Shown here in pieces: positions 63,339-64,000 of a stretch of 64,000 nucleotides of DNA. Position numbers and translations under genes: made by a program. Positions within the stretch are counted from its first letter, which is position 1. Every line of letters begins with the position of its first letter. This stretch comes from a virus. Its lineage: Duplodnaviria > Heunggongvirae > Uroviricota > Caudoviricetes. The stretch lies in IMG/VR virus record IMGVR_UViG_3300008453_000586. One strand, written 5' to 3'. Under the pieces are notes generated by a model. That model was not told the DNA's origin. It was given only the letters and a program-made list of their open reading frames with translations, and made no database searches.

Positions 63339-63994
63339 TGATTAAAATAGATAAAAAAACAAAAGAACAATTAATCCAACTCCATCAAACAAAAAAAATA
63401 TCTTTAGAAGGTAATATATTGAAAGTTATTGATGTTGATGGTGATGTTGAATTTCAAAATTATGTTAATGAATCTATAGAAAAAGACAACGCAACCAGGA
63501 AAAAACGTTTAGAAATAACCAAACAAATTCAAAAACAAAACAAAGAGTTAACCGATTGGAAAACTGAAAATGAACGAATTAATGGTGAACTACTCGAAAC
63601 ACTAGAACTTAATAGAGTTGCTATTGTTGAAGCTGAAAACGCAAAAGAAGAAGCAGAGGCATCCAAGGACAAAGCTGAGAAATCAATGATTGAGGCTATG
63701 ACAGCAAGAGCTGAAGCTGAAAACGCAAAGGCCAACGCTGAAAATGATTTAGAGTTAATTCAAAAGAAATCTCAATTCGAATTAATTGGGACAATAGTTA
63801 AAGTAGCTCTTTGGGTTATTATGGGTGTTGGTGTAACAACCACACTTATGTTTTTAATTGCGTTATTTGCTGGTGTTGATACTAGTGTTATTGGTTCGAC
63901 ATGGAGTAATATAATAGGAATACTACTAACCAATGCTTTTAGTATTGTCGGCACAATTATGGGAGTAAAATATGCCTCCGAAAAAAATTCTTAA
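63338..63994 (+). CDS. coiled-coil protein with C-terminal transmembrane segments
   Basis: 218 aa; E/A/K-rich coiled coil then two hydrophobic helices. Confidence 0.35.
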   Translation: MIKIDKKTKEQLIQLHQTKKISLEGNILKVIDVDGDVEFQNYVNESIEKDNATRKKRLEITKQIQKQNKELTDWKTENERINGELLETLELNRVAIVEAENAKEEAEASKDKAEKSMIEAMTARAEAENAKANAENDLELIQKKSQFELIGTIVKVALWVIMGVGVTTTLMFLIALFAGVDTSVIGSTWSNIIGILLTNAFSIVGTIMGVKYASEKNS

Positions 63995-64000
63995 AATATA

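Noticed and set aside
1-64000. Genome-wide stop-codon recoding (TAG or TGA as sense), given the suppressor tRNA and RF homolog
   Set aside because: All long conserved genes (sigma factor, DnaJ, ClpP, ligases, Rad50, tail fibers) are intact ORFs under the standard code. TAG (for example at 30367, 37254, 43687, 61039) and TGA (36825) are used as genuine stops. The only frames needing read-through are the RF-like and PTH2 genes.

Overview
This is an AT-rich (about one third GC), gene-dense window, almost entirely transcribed on the + strand, and it looks like part of a large (probably jumbo) dsDNA phage of a Bacteroidetes host. The host call rests on dozens of promoters of the Bacteroidetes sigma-A type (-33 TTG, then 19-21 nt, then -7 TAnnTTTG), often only 4-20 nt upstream of ATG starts (leaderless or short-leader mRNAs), and on an Hc1-like histone.

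Recognisable content: a replication and recombination block (RuvC-like resolvase, primase, PD-(D/E)XK nuclease, Mre11/Rad50 pair), a phage sigma-70 factor, a GH19 endolysin, an amidase-like protein, RNase HII, a DnaJ-ClpP-tmRNA proteostasis set, and an array of about 16 tRNAs plus degenerate tRNA-like elements. There is also a complete RNA-repair toolkit (CCA-adding enzyme, DEDD exonuclease, polynucleotide kinase fused to a 2H phosphoesterase, two RNA ligases, a DNA ligase), NUDIX and HD hydrolases, a PARP-like ADP-ribosyltransferase with a 2H phosphoesterase neighbour, a PAS histidine kinase with a receiver protein, and a minus-strand tail-fiber operon with collagen-like and SHAEG repeats.

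The most striking feature is a translation-termination and ribosome-rescue island at about 28.4-33.9 kb. It contains a tmRNA and an HNH endonuclease wedged between CAT tRNAs. It contains a PrfH-like class-I release-factor gene whose reading frame holds two in-frame TGA codons. It also contains an amber-suppressor tRNA (anticodon CUA) directly upstream of a PTH2-type peptidyl-tRNA hydrolase gene whose third codon is an in-frame TAG. Function was inferred from sequence motifs read by eye; no searches were run.
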